NCBI GenBank assembly: GCA_050633305.1
Contig: JBOEGF010000023.1
Coordinates: forward strand, 223,809-287,808
Source: Nannocystales bacterium
GTDB taxonomy: Bacteria; Myxococcota_A; Polyangia; Nannocystales; Nannocystaceae
DNA length: 64,000 bases
Reading direction: 5' to 3'
Position numbers and translations under genes: made by a program
In this document: one piece after another, positions 49,298 to 59,718 of the stretch
Position numbering within the stretch: the first letter of the stretch is position 1
Layout: each line of letters opens with the position of its first letter
Notes under the pieces: model-generated
Seen by the model: the letters and a program-made list of their open reading frames with translations, nothing else
The model's database searches: none
Told to the model about the DNA's origin: nothing

Positions 49298-50386
49298 ATG
49301 GTTTCTCGGACGGGTCTCTACGTGCTGCTGTTTGGCGCCTCCGGCTGTTTTACGTCGACCGATCCGAGCATTGTCGACACTGAACAAGCCGGCTCGACGA
49401 GCACCGGGGTGACCTCCAGCGACACCACAGGGAGCCCGGCTACCGAGGGCCCATCCTCCACCACCCCCGCAACCATGACCTCGAGCAGCAGCGGTGTGGA
49501 CACCGATCCCACCGCTGAGTCGACGACGGCGGACCCGACCTCGGTCGACACGGACTCGACCGGCGCCGGGGGCTGCAACGACGCCTCCGCTCCGTGCCCC
49601 GAGAGCCAGTACTGCGTGAGAGGGACCTGCCAAGATCCCCCAGCAAACATGGTCGCCGTGCCAGGTGGTCCGTTCATGATGGGGTGTTCGGACAGTGACC
49701 CTCTATGCGATGACGACGAGAGCCCCTACCACGAGGTGACTCTGAGCCCCTTCGCGATCGACCGCTACGAGGTGACACTTGGCGAGTATCGGGCGTGCAT
49801 GGACGCCACGAGCTGCACGGTCCCCGCATACGACTGGGCAAGCTGCGTCTTCAGTGCGGACAGTTCCGAGGCGAACCCGATCGACTGCGTCAGTTGGCTG
49901 CAAGCGCAGGCGTACTGCGCGTGGAACGACAAGCGCCTCCCGACGGAGGCCGAGTGGGAGAAGGCTGCCCGAGGAACCGACGAGCGCATATTCCCTTGGG
50001 GCGACCAACCAGCATCTTGCACCTACGCTGTGATGGCGGACTGCGACTTCTTCAACGACACCCCACGAGCGATGGACGTCGGGAGCAAGCCCGCCGGAGC
50101 CTCGCCCTACGGCGCGCTCGACATGGCCGGCAACGTGTACGAGTGGGTCTACGACTGGTACGCGCCAGGCTTCTACGTCGCGAGCCCCGACGAGAACCCC
50201 ACCGGGCCAAAAAGCGCTCCAGCCGACGGAACCCACTCCGCGCGTGGCGGCTCGTTCTCCCGGGGAGCGCACGAGATGCGCGCCTCCGATCGAGGCGCTT
50301 CTCACCCCGAGTTCAACAGCGTGTGGCTTCCCGAAGACGCAGGGGCTGTCGGCGTCGGGTTTCGCTGTGCGGCGAGCCCTGAGTAG
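49298..50386 (+). CDS. FGE-sulfatase (SUMF1) domain lipoprotein
   Basis: PGGPFMMG, DRYEVT, RLPTEAEWEKAARG, DMAGNVYEW, GFRCA. Confidence 0.93.
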   Translation: MVSRTGLYVLLFGASGCFTSTDPSIVDTEQAGSTSTGVTSSDTTGSPATEGPSSTTPATMTSSSSGVDTDPTAESTTADPTSVDTDSTGAGGCNDASAPCPESQYCVRGTCQDPPANMVAVPGGPFMMGCSDSDPLCDDDESPYHEVTLSPFAIDRYEVTLGEYRACMDATSCTVPAYDWASCVFSADSSEANPIDCVSWLQAQAYCAWNDKRLPTEAEWEKAARGTDERIFPWGDQPASCTYAVMADCDFFNDTPRAMDVGSKPAGASPYGALDMAGNVYEWVYDWYAPGFYVASPDENPTGPKSAPADGTHSARGGSFSRGAHEMRASDRGASHPEFNSVWLPEDAGAVGVGFRCAASPE

Positions 50387-50580
50387 GTCTTCGCAGTACG
50401 AACGCGCGCCCCCCACGGAGGCAGTCGCGCGCCGACGACCGAGCCCGCGGGGCGACAGCGCCGCGTTGGGCTCGAATCGCGCTGTTTTCGGACGAAATGG
50501 CTGCGATACGCCTTGCCGATGGAGCACGACATCGCCGAGCCGTTGGCAGATACGAGGGCGGCAAGTATCGTCGGGGAGTC

Positions 50581-52320
50581 GTGAGCGGACCACCCCGTCG
50601 CAGCCCAAAGCCGCCCCCCCTTCCGCGGCCAAAGCCCAACAAACCCCGGGCTTTCGATCCCAGCGAGCCGCTGCTGGATCTCGAGGAGCCGCGTACAAAG
50701 CGGGTGGATCTTCCTCGCAATACGGGTCGGAAGGCCGAGCCCGTGTTCTCCAGCCTCGACCTGCCCAGCCGCAAACCGAGTTCGCCCAAGGGCCGAGGCC
50801 TCGGTGCGGTGCCCATGGCCGACCCCCTGCAGGACGCGCAGACCCTCGTCTCTGGGATCAACCCCGTGGGCGTCCTGCCCACCGACGAGCCACTCGCTGG
50901 CGGAACCCAGGTCGTTGCGGGTTCGGGTGGGACGCAGGTCGTGTCCCTTCCGATCCCTCCTTCGGAGCCGACGCCATCGTCGATCATCCCCGGCCACAAG
51001 ACCGCCAAGAAGTCTGGGGTCCCGTTCGTCGCGTTGGGGACCGTGGCCGCGCTGAGCTGGATCGGCGCGATTGCGGCAGGGGTGATGAGCGACCCCACCG
51101 AGCTTCCCGACCTCGGGTCGGCAGAGGGGCTCTCCGCCCCCCCAGCGGCACCCATCTCGCCTCCACCCGCCGCCGCCGCACCAGCAACGGACTCGAACCC
51201 TGCCAAACAAGAACCTGAGGCCGCAGGCAAGGAACCCGCGCCCGCCGTGACCGCCTCGTGGGCTCTCAGCGCCGACGCGGCGCCGACCTCCCTTCGGCTC
51301 GCAGGCTCGGTCGTCCTCGCGTCCTACACCAACACCGTGGTCGGCTATACCAACGGTGCAGCGAGCTGGACCTTCGAGGGCGAGCACAACGGCGCCTTCG
51401 GGATGACAGACGGGTCGGTCGTGGTGATTCAGGCCACCACCGCAATCGGGCTGTCGGGTGAAGACGGCACAGAGCGATTCAAAGCCCCGCTGCCACGGCA
51501 GGGCAAGAAAGACCCGCTCGTGGTCGCGTCAAACTCGGACGGAGAGCACGTCCTCATCGCGCTGGCCGACGCACGATTCCTGCTCGTCACGCCCGCGGCA
51601 TGCGGGGACTCCCCCGGCGAAGGCGCGGGCGAGTGTGTCCGCACCGTCGGTCGACTCTCGGGCGAATACCTCGAGCCGGCCACGACGGTGGAGATGGGCG
51701 AGAACGGCATCCGATATCTCGCCGAAGAGGACTCGATGCGAGCCTTCGACACCGACCTGCGGACCGTGTTCTCGGCTTCACTGCCAGCCGACGTTCGCAG
51801 CATGGTGCGTGTGCCTGGCGGACGGCTCGCCCTCCAGTTCGGTCAGGAAGCTGCGCTCTTGGACGTCGAACGCTGCCGAGGAAGAGGGGAAGTTCGACTC
51901 CGCACCACCGACACTCAGGCCCCCGCGGGATGCGTTCTGTGGCGCTACGGTCGTGCGATCGACCCGGTTCCCCCCGCGGCGGTCGACACCTCGTCACTCG
52001 CACTCAACGAGCGCGGCAAGCTCCAACTGGTTGCCGAGGGCGACGACGCTTGGAAAATCCCGCTGGGCGCGTTCGGGCAGGTTGTTCGCGGAGGCGACTC
52101 GTTGTTCACCCTCGCGGTCGTGGGCGACGGCCTCGCCATCGCCGAGGTCGATCCGACAAGCGGCTCCGTGAGGGCAAAACATCCACTGGCTCTCGCCGCG
52201 ACCCCGGAGGACCGAGCGCAGACCCACATGGTCTGGGGCTCCGGCAGGCTCGCGGCGTCCGTGGGGCCGCACATCGGCATGTTGGAACTCCCAGGCAGCG
52301 AACACCGGTCGGCGCTCTAG
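50581..52320 (+). CDS. Membrane-anchored protein with PQQ-like beta-propeller
   Basis: Pro-rich N-terminus, TM helix, repeats with W and DxxxG turns. Start uncertain. Confidence 0.7.
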   Translation: MSGPPRRSPKPPPLPRPKPNKPRAFDPSEPLLDLEEPRTKRVDLPRNTGRKAEPVFSSLDLPSRKPSSPKGRGLGAVPMADPLQDAQTLVSGINPVGVLPTDEPLAGGTQVVAGSGGTQVVSLPIPPSEPTPSSIIPGHKTAKKSGVPFVALGTVAALSWIGAIAAGVMSDPTELPDLGSAEGLSAPPAAPISPPPAAAAPATDSNPAKQEPEAAGKEPAPAVTASWALSADAAPTSLRLAGSVVLASYTNTVVGYTNGAASWTFEGEHNGAFGMTDGSVVVIQATTAIGLSGEDGTERFKAPLPRQGKKDPLVVASNSDGEHVLIALADARFLLVTPAACGDSPGEGAGECVRTVGRLSGEYLEPATTVEMGENGIRYLAEEDSMRAFDTDLRTVFSASLPADVRSMVRVPGGRLALQFGQEAALLDVERCRGRGEVRLRTTDTQAPAGCVLWRYGRAIDPVPPAAVDTSSLALNERGKLQLVAEGDDAWKIPLGAFGQVVRGGDSLFTLAVVGDGLAIAEVDPTSGSVRAKHPLALAATPEDRAQTHMVWGSGRLAASVGPHIGMLELPGSEHRSAL

Positions 52321-53303
52321 CGGCACGCTTCGACGACGACGGCCGAGAGCTGGTCGAGGAGCGACGCGGCAACGTCAGCGACATTGTCCTCCAGGCTACG
52401 GCAGATGTTGAAACGGCGGACGTTGCCCTCAAGTCCAGTGTTGATGAGGCCGCGGTCGACGAACTCCTGCACCCTGCAGGCTGGCTGCGCGCCGCACTCG
52501 TTGTCGGCTTCGCTCGGGCACTGCGAGGCGTCTGCGCCGATCACGAACACCCCGATGTTGCGCAGGCTCGCCGTGTCCTGGGTGGAGACCGCACGGGTCA
52601 CCGCCTCGAGCACAGTCGCGTCGCTTTCGTCATCCGCATCCGCGATCACGATCACGACCAGCGGATCGGGCGATTGGTGAAAGCCCTCGTTGCAGGCGGC
52701 CAGCGCGGGGTCCTCGTCGGCTTCGAGGATGGCCAACATGCTGTCGAGGATTCGCGGCCGCTCGTAGGCAGCGTCAACGCCACCTGAGATCACCCCCTCG
52801 GCGAGGCAGGTCAGCCCGCTGCCAAGGTCGTCGGCGTCGGTGAGGAACGGGCGCCCATCGAACGCCTCGACACAGGAGTCTTGGCCTCGAACGAGGGCTC
52901 CGATTTGCGTGCAGCCCTCGCCCTCGTCGGGGACCGAAAAGGCGCCTTGATTCACGATCGGCGGAGCGTTGTACGCAAGCGCGAGCCGGTACGTTCCCAC
53001 CCCGGCGAGCGTGTCTTCGATCTCGGGACCCAGGGCGAGCAAGACGTCGACGATTCCGTTGGCGAACGGAGCCATCGACACGCTGACATCGGTGAGGATC
53101 AGGAGATCGACGTGCTCGCACAACAACGGGCTCCCCGAGGACGACGCGTCCGTCCCGGCCAAATTCGTGGTGGACGACCCCCCCGACGTTGGCGTGGCGG
53201 TGCTCTGCGATCCTTCTTCGGCCGGCGCGTAGTCGCCAAAACACCCGGATGCGAAGAGCATCACGGCCCCCAGCAGGGGTATTCGGCAGCGGCTCGAGCT
53301 CAT
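52317..53303 (-). CDS. vWA-like domain lipoprotein
   Basis: FASGC lipobox; VDLLILTDVSVSM (MIDAS DxSxS); LVVIVIADADD. Confidence 0.75.
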   Translation of the reverse strand: MSSSRCRIPLLGAVMLFASGCFGDYAPAEEGSQSTATPTSGGSSTTNLAGTDASSSGSPLLCEHVDLLILTDVSVSMAPFANGIVDVLLALGPEIEDTLAGVGTYRLALAYNAPPIVNQGAFSVPDEGEGCTQIGALVRGQDSCVEAFDGRPFLTDADDLGSGLTCLAEGVISGGVDAAYERPRILDSMLAILEADEDPALAACNEGFHQSPDPLVVIVIADADDESDATVLEAVTRAVSTQDTASLRNIGVFVIGADASQCPSEADNECGAQPACRVQEFVDRGLINTGLEGNVRRFNICRSLEDNVADVAASLLDQLSAVVVEACR

Positions 53304-53325
53304 CAGCAGCCACAGTGTAGTGGCA

Positions 53326-54819
53326 TCAGCCGCCGACCAACACGCTCTGGTCAAACGTGATCGCTGCCCCTCGCCCGACCTTGGTCTTCCCTACAGCTTT
53401 TGCAACGCACCGTCCCAGAACCGAGCCGGCGTAGGGAGGGCGAAGCTGGACGCCCCGGATGGTGCCGCGGGCCTTCACCACCGCCCGCAGAGAGACCTTC
53501 GCGCCCCCCGGCGGCGCGAATCGGGCACAGCTCGACACCGCCCGGCGGATCTTCCGAGCCACCTGAAGCCTGCGACTGGGGCGTCTCCGAGGCGCTGCCA
53601 CGACGGGCTCTGCCTCGGAGGCGGGCCCGGGTTCCTCCGGTTCAACCTCGAGTTCAACCTCGACTTCGGGCGCTTCAGGAACTTCGATCACGTCCGGGTC
53701 GAGGGGGTCCTCAGGGATCGCCGACTCGGGCCCGGTCGCGGCCTCAGGCTCCACCGCGGGGGACGCCGGCACAGGCTCCGTGGGACTCGGGGAGACCAAC
53801 ATCTCGAACGCACCGCCGAACGACTCGAGCGTCGAGGGCTCTTCGACCAGGAGCTTTGCAACACCAACCGCCGACACCCCGATGACGAAGGCGGCCGCCG
53901 CCGCACCCAACCAGACCGCCGGTTTGGCACCACGCGCGGGGGCCTTGTCGAGTGCCCGTAGTTCGGCCGCAAAACTGCCGGCATTGGGAGGGCGCGTGTC
54001 GGGTTCTTTGGCGAGAACTCGGTCGAGCAGCTCGGGCAAGCCCGCGGGGAGTTCGCTGATGTCGATCCGAGACGATAGTGGTGGGGGGGGCTCGAGCACA
54101 TGGGCCCCAACGATCTCGAACGTGGTCCCCTCCTCGAACGGGCAGTGTCCGGTGAGCATCTCGTACAAGACGATGCCGGCCGAATACACGTCGGTGCGAA
54201 CATCCGTCTGAGCGCCACGAGCCTGTTCGGGCGAGAGGTAGTGCGGCGTACCCATCACTCTCCCGGCCACGGTGACCTGTGTCTCGTGAAGGACCCGTGC
54301 GATCCCGAAGTCGAGCAGCTTCACGTGAAGCGTCTCGGGAACCACAAGGCAGTTGTCCGGCTTGATGTCGCGGTGGATCGCCCCCGCGGAGTGAGCAACC
54401 TGCAGGGCATCCAGAATCTGCAGCATGATCTCTTGGGCCATCGGCCACGGCATTGGGCCGCGGTCCACCATCACCTGCGACAGCGAATCCCCGTTGAGCA
54501 GCTCCATCGCGATGAAGGGCAGGCCGGCCTCGGTCACGCCGACGTCGAAGACCTCCACGATCGAAGGGTGCTTGAGCTGCGAGGCCAACCGCGCCTCCCG
54601 AGCGAAACGCAGCTGAGCGTCCCGCACCCCCATGAAGACGCCGGGGTCGAGAACCTTGAGCGCCAGGGCGGATCCCAGCTCGGCATGCCGGGCCGCAAAG
54701 ACGTGGGACATCCCTCCTCGCGCGATGAACCGCTCGATCTGATAGCGCTGAGCGACAACCTCGCCCACGTTCGGGAGCGTGGCTGCCTCTGCAGGTCGGT
54801 CGGTGGGAGGGGCACTCAT
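53326..54819 (-). CDS. Ser/Thr protein kinase
   Basis: ARGGMS, ALK, HRDIKPDN, DFG, GTPHYLSPE; TM helix. Confidence 0.95.
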   Translation of the reverse strand: MSAPPTDRPAEAATLPNVGEVVAQRYQIERFIARGGMSHVFAARHAELGSALALKVLDPGVFMGVRDAQLRFAREARLASQLKHPSIVEVFDVGVTEAGLPFIAMELLNGDSLSQVMVDRGPMPWPMAQEIMLQILDALQVAHSAGAIHRDIKPDNCLVVPETLHVKLLDFGIARVLHETQVTVAGRVMGTPHYLSPEQARGAQTDVRTDVYSAGIVLYEMLTGHCPFEEGTTFEIVGAHVLEPPPPLSSRIDISELPAGLPELLDRVLAKEPDTRPPNAGSFAAELRALDKAPARGAKPAVWLGAAAAAFVIGVSAVGVAKLLVEEPSTLESFGGAFEMLVSPSPTEPVPASPAVEPEAATGPESAIPEDPLDPDVIEVPEAPEVEVELEVEPEEPGPASEAEPVVAAPRRRPSRRLQVARKIRRAVSSCARFAPPGGAKVSLRAVVKARGTIRGVQLRPPYAGSVLGRCVAKAVGKTKVGRGAAITFDQSVLVGG

Positions 54820-54974
54820 CGACGGCGGCAACGAACATGCGCCTGAGGCGCTCGGTGGTGTCACCACAGACGTCGCCAAGGGCTCGCTCCCTGTTTTCCC
54901 AGGTTTCGTGCGGAGAGTCCAACGAGAGCATTTCGCGATGGAGCTGGTGCGAGGGCTCTGACACCATCGACCTG

Positions 54975-55751
54975 ATGCTCCGCATCATCTCGGCTCTGGT
55001 CGTCGAAGGCATGATCTCCGCGACCACGATGCCTCCGGCTCGACTCGGGCCCGCGACCACAGCGCGGGTGTCGAAGCCTGCCGATCCTGTGGATGCGCTC
55101 CACCGCAGCGGTGAAGAGCTCTTCGACGCAGGCGACTACGCAGGAGCGCGGGTGGCATGGACGCAGGCGTACGAGCGTGTCGCGGCAGAGGAGAGCACGT
55201 GGCCGTACCGGACAACGCTGCTCTCGCTGATCGTGACCACCACCCTTTCGGAGTTCTCAGGCGGCGGCGACCGAGCGCCGATTCGCGAGGCCGCCGACCT
55301 GATCGACGCCGCCCTCGCCTCGGAGCTCGAGGACGAGATTCGCTCGATCTTGGAAGATGAGCGGGAGCGCCTCTCTCCGTATCTGGATCCCGTTCCGTCT
55401 CCGGCCGAAGCACCGCCGCCCGCCGATGACGGCAGCTCCGAGGATCCCACCGGCGATGCGAGACCCCAAGGCGACTATCTGATCCCCAGCCCGGTCTGGG
55501 CTGCTTCCGGTGGCGTCCTGCTCGCGGGCGGTCTGACAGCGCTCATCGTCGGCTCCCGGTTTGGTCCCCGGGCCACGGACCAAGTGACGAGCGCCGGGGA
55601 CTCCACGACGATGAGCCCGGGCAGCACGTTCATCCAGGACGAGCGTCGAAAGGGCACCGGGTGGATGGTGGCGGGGGGCGCGGTGGCTGCCGTCGGGGTG
55701 ACGGCACTGGTGATCGGGATCGTTCGACTCGCCCGTCACCGAAACCGGTAG
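54975..55751 (+). CDS. TPR-like membrane protein
   Basis: GEELFDAGDYAGARVAWTQAY; two C-terminal TM segments; divergent from the kinase. Confidence 0.7.
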   Translation: MLRIISALVVEGMISATTMPPARLGPATTARVSKPADPVDALHRSGEELFDAGDYAGARVAWTQAYERVAAEESTWPYRTTLLSLIVTTTLSEFSGGGDRAPIREAADLIDAALASELEDEIRSILEDERERLSPYLDPVPSPAEAPPPADDGSSEDPTGDARPQGDYLIPSPVWAASGGVLLAGGLTALIVGSRFGPRATDQVTSAGDSTTMSPGSTFIQDERRKGTGWMVAGGAVAAVGVTALVIGIVRLARHRNR

Positions 55752-55773
55752 CTCCCCTGTCCCCGGCGGATGG

Positions 55774-58107
55774 CTACAGCGCGCTCTCGAGCTTGGGCAG
55801 CAACGGGCTGGGATCCCCGGTGTTGACCAACCAGAGCTGGTACGCGGCCCGGGTGACAGCGATGTGCATCAGGTGACGCGCTTGGTCGTGATCCGGATAG
55901 TTCTGCCGGTTGGGCTCGAGCAAGACGACGTAGTCGAACTCGAGGCCTTTCACCTGGCGGACGTCGGTGACGTCGATGCCCGCGCTGAAGACAAAGTCTT
56001 CCCGGCGAACACGGCGAAGCTTGGGGACCTCGGCCACGCGAAGCGCCTCGTAGTAGGTCTCGGCCTGTTGCGGGTAGCGTGAGATGAGCGCGACCGAAGC
56101 CGTGGGCTCCCGACCGATCAGCGATCTCAACGCCTCGCCCAAGAACGCGACCGCCTCCCCGGTGTCCGTGAAGTCGAAGTAAGAGACGGGAGCGCCTTCC
56201 CGGGCGATGAGCTGATCCTCCGGGTTGTGGAGGTGACCGAGCACGTGCTGGGACAGCTCCATCACCTGCCGGGTCGATCGATAGGTGATCTTCAGTGGCT
56301 GAATCGCGGTGTGGGGCAGACCCGCGCTCTCGAGCAGTTGCGGCCAGTCCTGGAAGCCGTTGTCGAACACCATCTTCTGAGCACGGTCCCCTGCGATCGT
56401 AACGCTCTTGCCCTTGCTCGCGGTGTCGAGCAGAACCCGAACCTCGAGCGGGCACAGGTCCTGTGCCTCGTCGAGCACGATGTGCTCGAACTCGAACCGC
56501 TTGTTGCCGACGAAGAGCCCACCGTACTTCAGCTGCATCAAACGCAGGATCGCGGCGTCGTCCTCGGGGTCGAGCGCCACATCCTCAGGTTTCGCGTCGG
56601 GGTCATCGGGGTCGAGGTCGAGCTCGGCCTTGCGCGCGCACCACTTCACGATGGTTTGGAGGTCACTTTCGCTGAACGCGTCGGGCCCGTGCGTGGCGAC
56701 GCCTTTGCGAATCCGATCGGCGTTGGTGTTGGCTTCGATCCAGTCGGCCACGACGTCGCGCATCGTGCCCTTGGCCGCCCGAAGGATGCTGATCGTGGGC
56801 GTGCGGGTGGTGGCATCGAGCCGTGACCCAACCCCGTCGTGCATCCACTGCTGCATGCGCTCGACCTGGGTCAGCGGCGCCATGCGAGCAAAGCTCCGCC
56901 ACGCCTTGATGACTTCATGACCGCCGGGCCGGGATGCGACGCGTTCCTGAAGCTCGGCCTCGACGTCGTCGACATGCTCCTGAACGATCTCTTCGAGCAT
57001 CCGCATGAAGACGGGGTGCTTCTTGAATCGCGAGACCGGGTCGGGTGTGGCGACCTCGTGCTTGAGCTCGAGGCCGGTCTTGATTCGAGCGAGCAACTGG
57101 GTGGTCCACCGCCTGTACGTGGTGACCGTGACCCCCTCGACGCCCAGCGAAGGAAGCACGTGTCGGATGTACTCGACCAGCGCCTCGTTGAAGACGACGA
57201 TGAGCATCTTCTGCGGGCTGAACCGCCGCGAATCCTGGAACGACAGGTACGCGACGCGGTGTAGCGCGACGGTGGTTTTTCCCGAGCCCGCACCCCCTTG
57301 AATGAGGACGATGCCCGAGTCGGACCGCGTGATGAGCTCGAACTGCTCCTTGTCGATCAGGGCGGTGATCTCTTGTAGCCGCTTGTCCGCCCGGAGCTGA
57401 GCGTCGTCCCCCTGAACGCCGAGTTGCTTCTTGTCGAAGCGGGCGGCCGACCCCGAGCCACCTTCGAGAGAAGGACGCTCGGACAACTGACTCTCGCGCC
57501 ACTTCCCCTGCTGACCGCGGGCGAACGATCCCTGCGGCGTGACGATGCGGCGCAACGTCGAGTCCTGAACCGCGAGGCTGCGGCGCTTGAGTACGCGCCC
57601 TTCGACGGTACGCTCGCCGAACTCCTCGTCGTACTCGTCCTGCTCCTCGTAGCGGTAGTACAGACGGCTGACCGGTGCGTTGCGCCAGTCGACGATCGAC
57701 AGCCCATCTCCGTCGTCCAGCAGCGTGTGTCGTCCGATGAGCACCTCTCGGGCACGTCCGGTCCGCGAGTCCTTGAGACACAAGTGGCCGAAGTACGGAC
57801 TCTTGGGATCGATCGGGACGCTGCGCCCCTTGCCGCGTTTTCGGCTGAGCGCTGCGACCTGGTGCATCTGATCGATGAGCGAGGCGACGTCCTCTTCCTT
57901 GGCTTCGGAGATCGCGTCGCGAAGCTCGATCATCTGCGCGTCGAGGTCCTCGATCGCGTCCGGCTTGGTTGAAGCGTCGCGTTCGAGCCGGGCCTGGATA
58001 CGGCTGAGGATCTCTGTCTCTTCCGCGACAACCTCGCGGGCGCCCTCAGAGAGGTGGGCGAGCTCGACAGCCTGCTCGGGGTCCCGCTGCACGGCGTCCG
58101 TTGACAT
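55774..58107 (-). CDS. HelD-like SF1 helicase/ATPase (UvrD superfamily)
   Basis: SPYFG, IVDWRNAPVSRLYY, QGGAGSGKTTVALHRVAYL, LDEAQD, KGLEFD, AVTRA. Confidence 0.88.
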   Translation of the reverse strand: MSTDAVQRDPEQAVELAHLSEGAREVVAEETEILSRIQARLERDASTKPDAIEDLDAQMIELRDAISEAKEEDVASLIDQMHQVAALSRKRGKGRSVPIDPKSPYFGHLCLKDSRTGRAREVLIGRHTLLDDGDGLSIVDWRNAPVSRLYYRYEEQDEYDEEFGERTVEGRVLKRRSLAVQDSTLRRIVTPQGSFARGQQGKWRESQLSERPSLEGGSGSAARFDKKQLGVQGDDAQLRADKRLQEITALIDKEQFELITRSDSGIVLIQGGAGSGKTTVALHRVAYLSFQDSRRFSPQKMLIVVFNEALVEYIRHVLPSLGVEGVTVTTYRRWTTQLLARIKTGLELKHEVATPDPVSRFKKHPVFMRMLEEIVQEHVDDVEAELQERVASRPGGHEVIKAWRSFARMAPLTQVERMQQWMHDGVGSRLDATTRTPTISILRAAKGTMRDVVADWIEANTNADRIRKGVATHGPDAFSESDLQTIVKWCARKAELDLDPDDPDAKPEDVALDPEDDAAILRLMQLKYGGLFVGNKRFEFEHIVLDEAQDLCPLEVRVLLDTASKGKSVTIAGDRAQKMVFDNGFQDWPQLLESAGLPHTAIQPLKITYRSTRQVMELSQHVLGHLHNPEDQLIAREGAPVSYFDFTDTGEAVAFLGEALRSLIGREPTASVALISRYPQQAETYYEALRVAEVPKLRRVRREDFVFSAGIDVTDVRQVKGLEFDYVVLLEPNRQNYPDHDQARHLMHIAVTRAAYQLWLVNTGDPSPLLPKLESAL

Positions 58108-58211
58108 AACGGTACCGATAACAATCCGCGTGGCTCCGTGCCACACGATTCGTCATCGCGCGTCTGCTCGCGGTCCGAGCGTGAGCAAACCCGGACCGCA
58201 GCTCGTGAAAC

Positions 58212-59651
58212 CTACTCGGTGGGTTCGACGCGTGGCACGCCGTTGAGGTCATGACGCACCGTCGAGATCGACGAGTAGGCGCTCCTGCGGGCGCGGTTCA
58301 AGCTTCCGAGCGGACGGTGCGCGGGGAGGGCATGCCAGGGAGTGAAGGAGAGGTGCTGGCAGGTGTTGGCCTGTTCTTCGGACGCGAAGTCCTGGGCCGT
58401 GAACATGATGCGCGCGACCGGGATGAACGGCGACTCTGACGCGCTCCACTCGATCGACGCATCTTCGATCGGCATGCGCTGCGGATCGGTCTGCCGCTGC
58501 ACCCCGAACTCGAAGCACACATCGCCTGCTTCGAGCTGCTGCTCCATCGAAGGGGTGAAGTAATCGGGATCCTCGTCGTCGAGCTCAGGGCCGACCTGCT
58601 CGCCATCGCATGGACGCGCGGTGTACTTCACTGCGCTGGTCTCGGGCCCAAGCCGGTAGGGCGTCTGGCTCCAATACTGCGTGGACAGCGGGTTGATGAT
58701 CGACTTCGTGATCGACTGGATCGCCAAGAGGATGCTGCTGGCCTCGATGTCGAACGGGTTCCACGACAGGAACGCGATCGCGGGGTTTCGGTCGTCCTCG
58801 GCGAGATCGATGACGTCGGCGAAGTGGATGACGTCCGCGGTCGCCACGGCGGGCGTGTGGTTGAGCAGGAAGTCCTGGGTTTTCGCGTCGCGCTCGTCGT
58901 CCAGGAGCTTCTCTCCGGGGACCTCCATCAGCTTGATCGCCATCGCCCGGACGTCGCCTTCCTTGTCGGCCTGGACATGGGGGTCACCGTTGCTGAAGCG
59001 AACCCAAGCCGGGTAGGTGACGTTTTCCGCAAACACACCAACGCGAAGCTCGTCGGGGAGCTGGCTGTTGTCCACGGTCACCTCGGCCTGAAGGCATCGA
59101 CCTTTGGCGTGCAGGCCCCGTGTGGAAGGACGCACGCCTTCGCTGTATTTCCGCATCATGCGCTCGCCGATGCGTCGGATGATGAGGTCGGTCGCTTCCT
59201 GCTCCCCGGCGTGCACATATTCCTCGCCCAGCTTGGGGCAGATGCCGCTGTCTTCGGCGTGGCCGTACATCGCCTGGAACGCGAAGTAGCCAACCCAATC
59301 GACATCGTCGAGCTGCTCCAACGTCTCGAATTCCACGTCGTCTGAGGTGCCGACCTCTCCGTCCCCGCCTGCGCGCGCTTCGATGATCCGTCGCGCCGAC
59401 ACGGACCAAACCCCGGCGTCGTCGTCGAGCGTCTCGAAGTCTGCAGTGTTGGCGAGACGAAGGATGCAGGTCGCCTCGTAGCCACGGTCCTCAAAGCCCT
59501 GGGTATCCGCTTTGCCTCCCGGAGCGACCCCGTCGTCGAACTGTCCGTCCTGCCCGGGGCCCGCCTCGGGCGAGCTGTCGTCGCCGTCACATGCCGATGC
59601 ACCGAGGGACAGGCTGAGGAGCGCCAAGCAGAACCTACGCATAGCGCGCAT
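58212..59651 (-). CDS. Catalase-related heme lipoprotein with N-terminal HhH-like domain
   Basis: Lipobox, GKAD, RGLHAKG, RFSNG, QDFLLN, PLGSLNRARRSAY. Confidence 0.85.
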   Translation of the reverse strand: MRAMRRFCLALLSLSLGASACDGDDSSPEAGPGQDGQFDDGVAPGGKADTQGFEDRGYEATCILRLANTADFETLDDDAGVWSVSARRIIEARAGGDGEVGTSDDVEFETLEQLDDVDWVGYFAFQAMYGHAEDSGICPKLGEEYVHAGEQEATDLIIRRIGERMMRKYSEGVRPSTRGLHAKGRCLQAEVTVDNSQLPDELRVGVFAENVTYPAWVRFSNGDPHVQADKEGDVRAMAIKLMEVPGEKLLDDERDAKTQDFLLNHTPAVATADVIHFADVIDLAEDDRNPAIAFLSWNPFDIEASSILLAIQSITKSIINPLSTQYWSQTPYRLGPETSAVKYTARPCDGEQVGPELDDEDPDYFTPSMEQQLEAGDVCFEFGVQRQTDPQRMPIEDASIEWSASESPFIPVARIMFTAQDFASEEQANTCQHLSFTPWHALPAHRPLGSLNRARRSAYSSISTVRHDLNGVPRVEPTE

Positions 59652-59718
59652 CGTACGGGCGAAACGCGCCCGAGGCCATTGCAACCGTGCAACTCAATCT
59701 CGCATACTTGCAAATGAC

